NCBI GenBank assembly: GCA_002269645.1
Contig: NIVC01002995.1
Location: 24,451 to 88,450, forward strand
Reading direction: 5' to 3'
Source of the DNA: Macrostomum lignano
Lineage: Eukaryota
DNA length: 64,000 nt
The notes below the pieces were generated by a model that saw nothing but the letters and a program-made list of their open reading frames with translations, was not told where the DNA came from and did no database searches. Positions 61,701 through 64,000 of the stretch are shown here, one piece after another (position 1 is the first letter of the stretch; each line of letters begins with the position of its first letter). The position numbers were made by a program, and so were the translations under genes.

Positions 61701-63313
61701 GCACAATGTACATAGGGCAGGGGCTGTCTGTTTAGCTGGCTGAAAAACAAACAACCCCCCTCTATGTCCATCACTTCACTCTATCCCTTGAAACGTGTAC
61801 TCGTACATCAACCAAGCAATGTACATTTAGTCCGCCGAAATAGTCTAATGATGATAACAACTCTTCTCTCCCCTCTCTCCACTATTCTTGTAGTCTGCAT
61901 ACACTCTGCATTGTACATCAACCCACCGAAGCATGTACAAGCAAAACTAGATAGTGGGGAGAGGGGAGAGAAGAGTTGTTATCATCATAGACTATTTCGG
62001 CGGACTAAATGTACATTGCTTGGTGTACATGTACACATGGCAAGGGTAGACGTAGAGTGAGGGGACGGAAATAGGGGGGTTGTTTAATATCTATCTTATC
62101 AAGCCAACTCAACCAGCCCCACGGTCCCATGTACAATTGTATATAAACCCAGCCATGCGCAAGCGAAACTCACAGATAACGAAGGCAGTGGTGAAAGTGC
62201 CGGCCGTGCAGGCTCCAACCAAAAATCGGCAGGCGATGTGGATGCCCAGGACAGGAATCAGAGCGGCCAATAGGCCGAATACCGCTTGGCCAACCGCTGT
62301 GATGGCCACCGTTTTGATGCGCCCGATTCTGATGGATCCAATATCAAGAGAAATTACTGTGTAACGCATCAGCAACAAATTTAGGCTGGTTTATTAAAAT
62401 TAACGTTACATTAACTTTAATTAAACGAGTGTCTAAATCAGTTTGATAACATTTGAAGGTTGTTGAATATTTAGCAATACTGAATTCGAGTTCGATGTAA
62501 TCTACCAAACAAAAGTAAACGATAAGTTATGCAAAAGACGAAAGAACAGAGAACAGTGTGACAGGTGCGACAGATCGCGCACAACATTAATAGAATTTCA
62601 GACAGTTCAGTTACTTATGATCAATTTTGTTTTACTGAAGTGATTAATAAATGGTTTCGACTAATTCAACGTTGACTAAGGCTTTGGAACGGAAAGTCAG
62701 TAAGTAGTACAGTACAATCGACCCCAGTACTTTCTTACCTGTCGGACACCAGGCCGCTTAGGGTGCACCCCAGGAGGAAGCCGGACATGTAGATCGAGGT
62801 GATCATCTTGACGGCGAACGAGCGTTTGCAGACCAGATTGAACTGGGGAAGGCGGAACAGAGACCAGTGTTGGTCAGTTGGCAATGAACAGGCTCAATGG
62901 CTCCGAAAATCTCACCTGTGATCCCACCGTAGAGTAGATTGAAGTCCGGTCATATTCCCATTCCTGGCAGTCCAGCAGCATCCGCTTGGCCGAGGAATTG
63001 CCACCGGCGCCATCGTCGGTTGAGTAGCCGACAGTGGACCCGTTGCTGAGCAGCAGGTCGATGTCCGCGAACCGGCGGCATCGCTCGAAGGAGCCGTCGC
63101 TACCCAGCGGGATGCTGATGTTCTTGCGAGTCTCCACGGGCAGGTGCTCCAGCTGGGCACGCGGCACCAGTGCTCCTGGGAGGCGCCGGTGAACACCGAG
63201 GACAAGTTCTGCTCACCAGTCGGGATGCCGCAAATCCCAATGAGGATGTAGAGCAGAATCTGGGCCTTGCCGAATTCGCCAATGCGGCGAAGGACATTGT
63301 CGAAATTGACCAT
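58713..63313 (-). CDS. SLC22: SLC22 organic cation/anion transporter (MFS, Orct-like), about 554 aa; exons 62916-63313 (apparent 1-nt frameshift near 63155-63157), 62739-62842, 62174-62328, 61247-61415, 60481-60619, 60262-60392, 59840-60048, 59201-59382, 58842-58978, tentative 58713-58752
   Basis: [94 protein letters not shown] and [17 protein letters not shown] are SLC22 signature motifs. Exon phases were checked and are consistent. The last exon is a guess, and an in-frame TGA at 58838-58840 is the alternative end. Confidence 0.94.
59030..59185. repeat. Short degenerate AT-rich tandem repeat in SLC22 intron 8
   Basis: Three to four copies of agcgatttt..act.atatt.ct.ctgcc.gtag-like units. 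Confidence 0.7.
59413..59822. repeat. 20 bp minisatellite (ccctcagacccctgccgaat) filling SLC22 intron 7
   Basis: About 20 units in a 457 bp intron. Confidence 0.96.
60052..60256. repeat. 20 bp minisatellite (cagggagggtgagactgatg) filling SLC22 intron 6
   Basis: 10 units in a 213 bp intron. Confidence 0.96.
60635..61070. repeat. Degenerate GAGT/GGCT-rich composite repeat in SLC22 intron 4
   Basis: gagtgagtgcctgagtggctgggtggct and ggctgagttgctgagtgagctggctaagtaagtgact blocks. Confidence 0.88.
61749..62085. mobile_element. Foldback/MITE-like element with long terminal inverted repeats in SLC22 intron 3
   Basis: 61812-61885 is a near-perfect reverse complement of 61951-62023 (about 73 bp arms, about 65 bp loop). 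Imperfect complementarity extends outward to aaacaacccccc/ggggggttgttt. There is no coding capacity and no target-site duplication was identified. Confidence 0.7.
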
Positions 63314-64000
63314 TTCAAACCTGACTAAAGAGGGTCTCGTAGATAGGGGCTGTTGTTTGTCCTGACAATTGGCAAGGGAGTTGCGAGCGATTTTGCTGGT
63401 TCAAGCCGGCTAGCTGGATTTAAATAGGTCAGGCAAAGCGCCTGGCAACAACTTGACTGGCTGCCTGTGCTGGTCGCCCAATCAGGACAGTCCTGGCTGC
63501 TCTCCAGCTGCTCAGAATAATCTTTTCTACGAGAAATTTAATTTTCTTGCTTGCCTGTTCGTTAACCAAAGTTGCTGCTGTCCTTGATATGTTTAATCGG
63601 CAATTAAGGTTTGTCAGGCGAAAATGCTTAAGTAGTCATATGAAACTAGTTCGCTAAGAGCTGCCTACCAAGTGCAGTTGGCTATTCGAATGACACTTTA
63701 CTGGCATTAATAAGCGCACAACACAATGAGAAGGCAGGCAAATTTAAACAAATTGAAACTGACCCCACTGAGTTTTAAAAAAATCGAGGCCGGGGGGCGG
63801 TCCCAGCCGAGCTGCCCCCCCCCCCGCCAATGAGTTTAGATAATGAAGAGAATGAGTTTTGTGGCGAAAAAAATTCCAGGTCCAGGGCGCGTGAAAAAGA
63901 TAGAAAAAGCAGGTAAAATTGTACAGAAAGTCCCAGCCAGGGGCTTTAGCAGCACGGCTCTGCTGTGTGAGGCAGTCTAGCGGCTCGCCTTGAAGGCGAT

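Overview
This is eukaryotic (metazoan) genomic DNA with GT-AG introns, GC-rich exons and an extreme density of tandem repeats. About 39 arrays, nearly all with different units, cover roughly 40% of the window (hand estimate). The style resembles a free-living flatworm such as Macrostomum, but that is inference only. Five protein-coding genes are supportable: (1) a Myt1/ST18-family C2HC zinc-finger transcription factor (minus strand, about 2.5-4.7 kb); (2) a COUP-TF/seven-up (NR2F) nuclear receptor (minus, 4 exons, 20708-30123); (3) a single-exon type I membrane protein with CUB-CUB-LDLa-like-TM architecture, NETO-like (plus, 44851-46559); (4) an intronless SLC26/SulP anion transporter with a STAS domain (plus, 51470-54160); (5) a 10-exon SLC22 organic-cation-type transporter (minus, 58713-63313). 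Four of the five genes contain one apparent -1 frameshift, each repairable by adding a single base to a 3-nt C/G run. This is most likely long-read assembly error. The most interesting observations are introns built almost entirely from amplified 3'-splice-site-like units, minisatellites made of nuclear-receptor half-sites around the COUP-TF locus, a remodelled SLC26 anion-binding pocket, a divergent COUP-TF ligand-binding domain with a long F-domain, and a foldback/MITE element. No CRISPR, rRNA or tRNA was recognised. Most long ORFs in the supplied track are repeat artefacts. All coordinates were counted by hand, and repeat boundaries are approximate.
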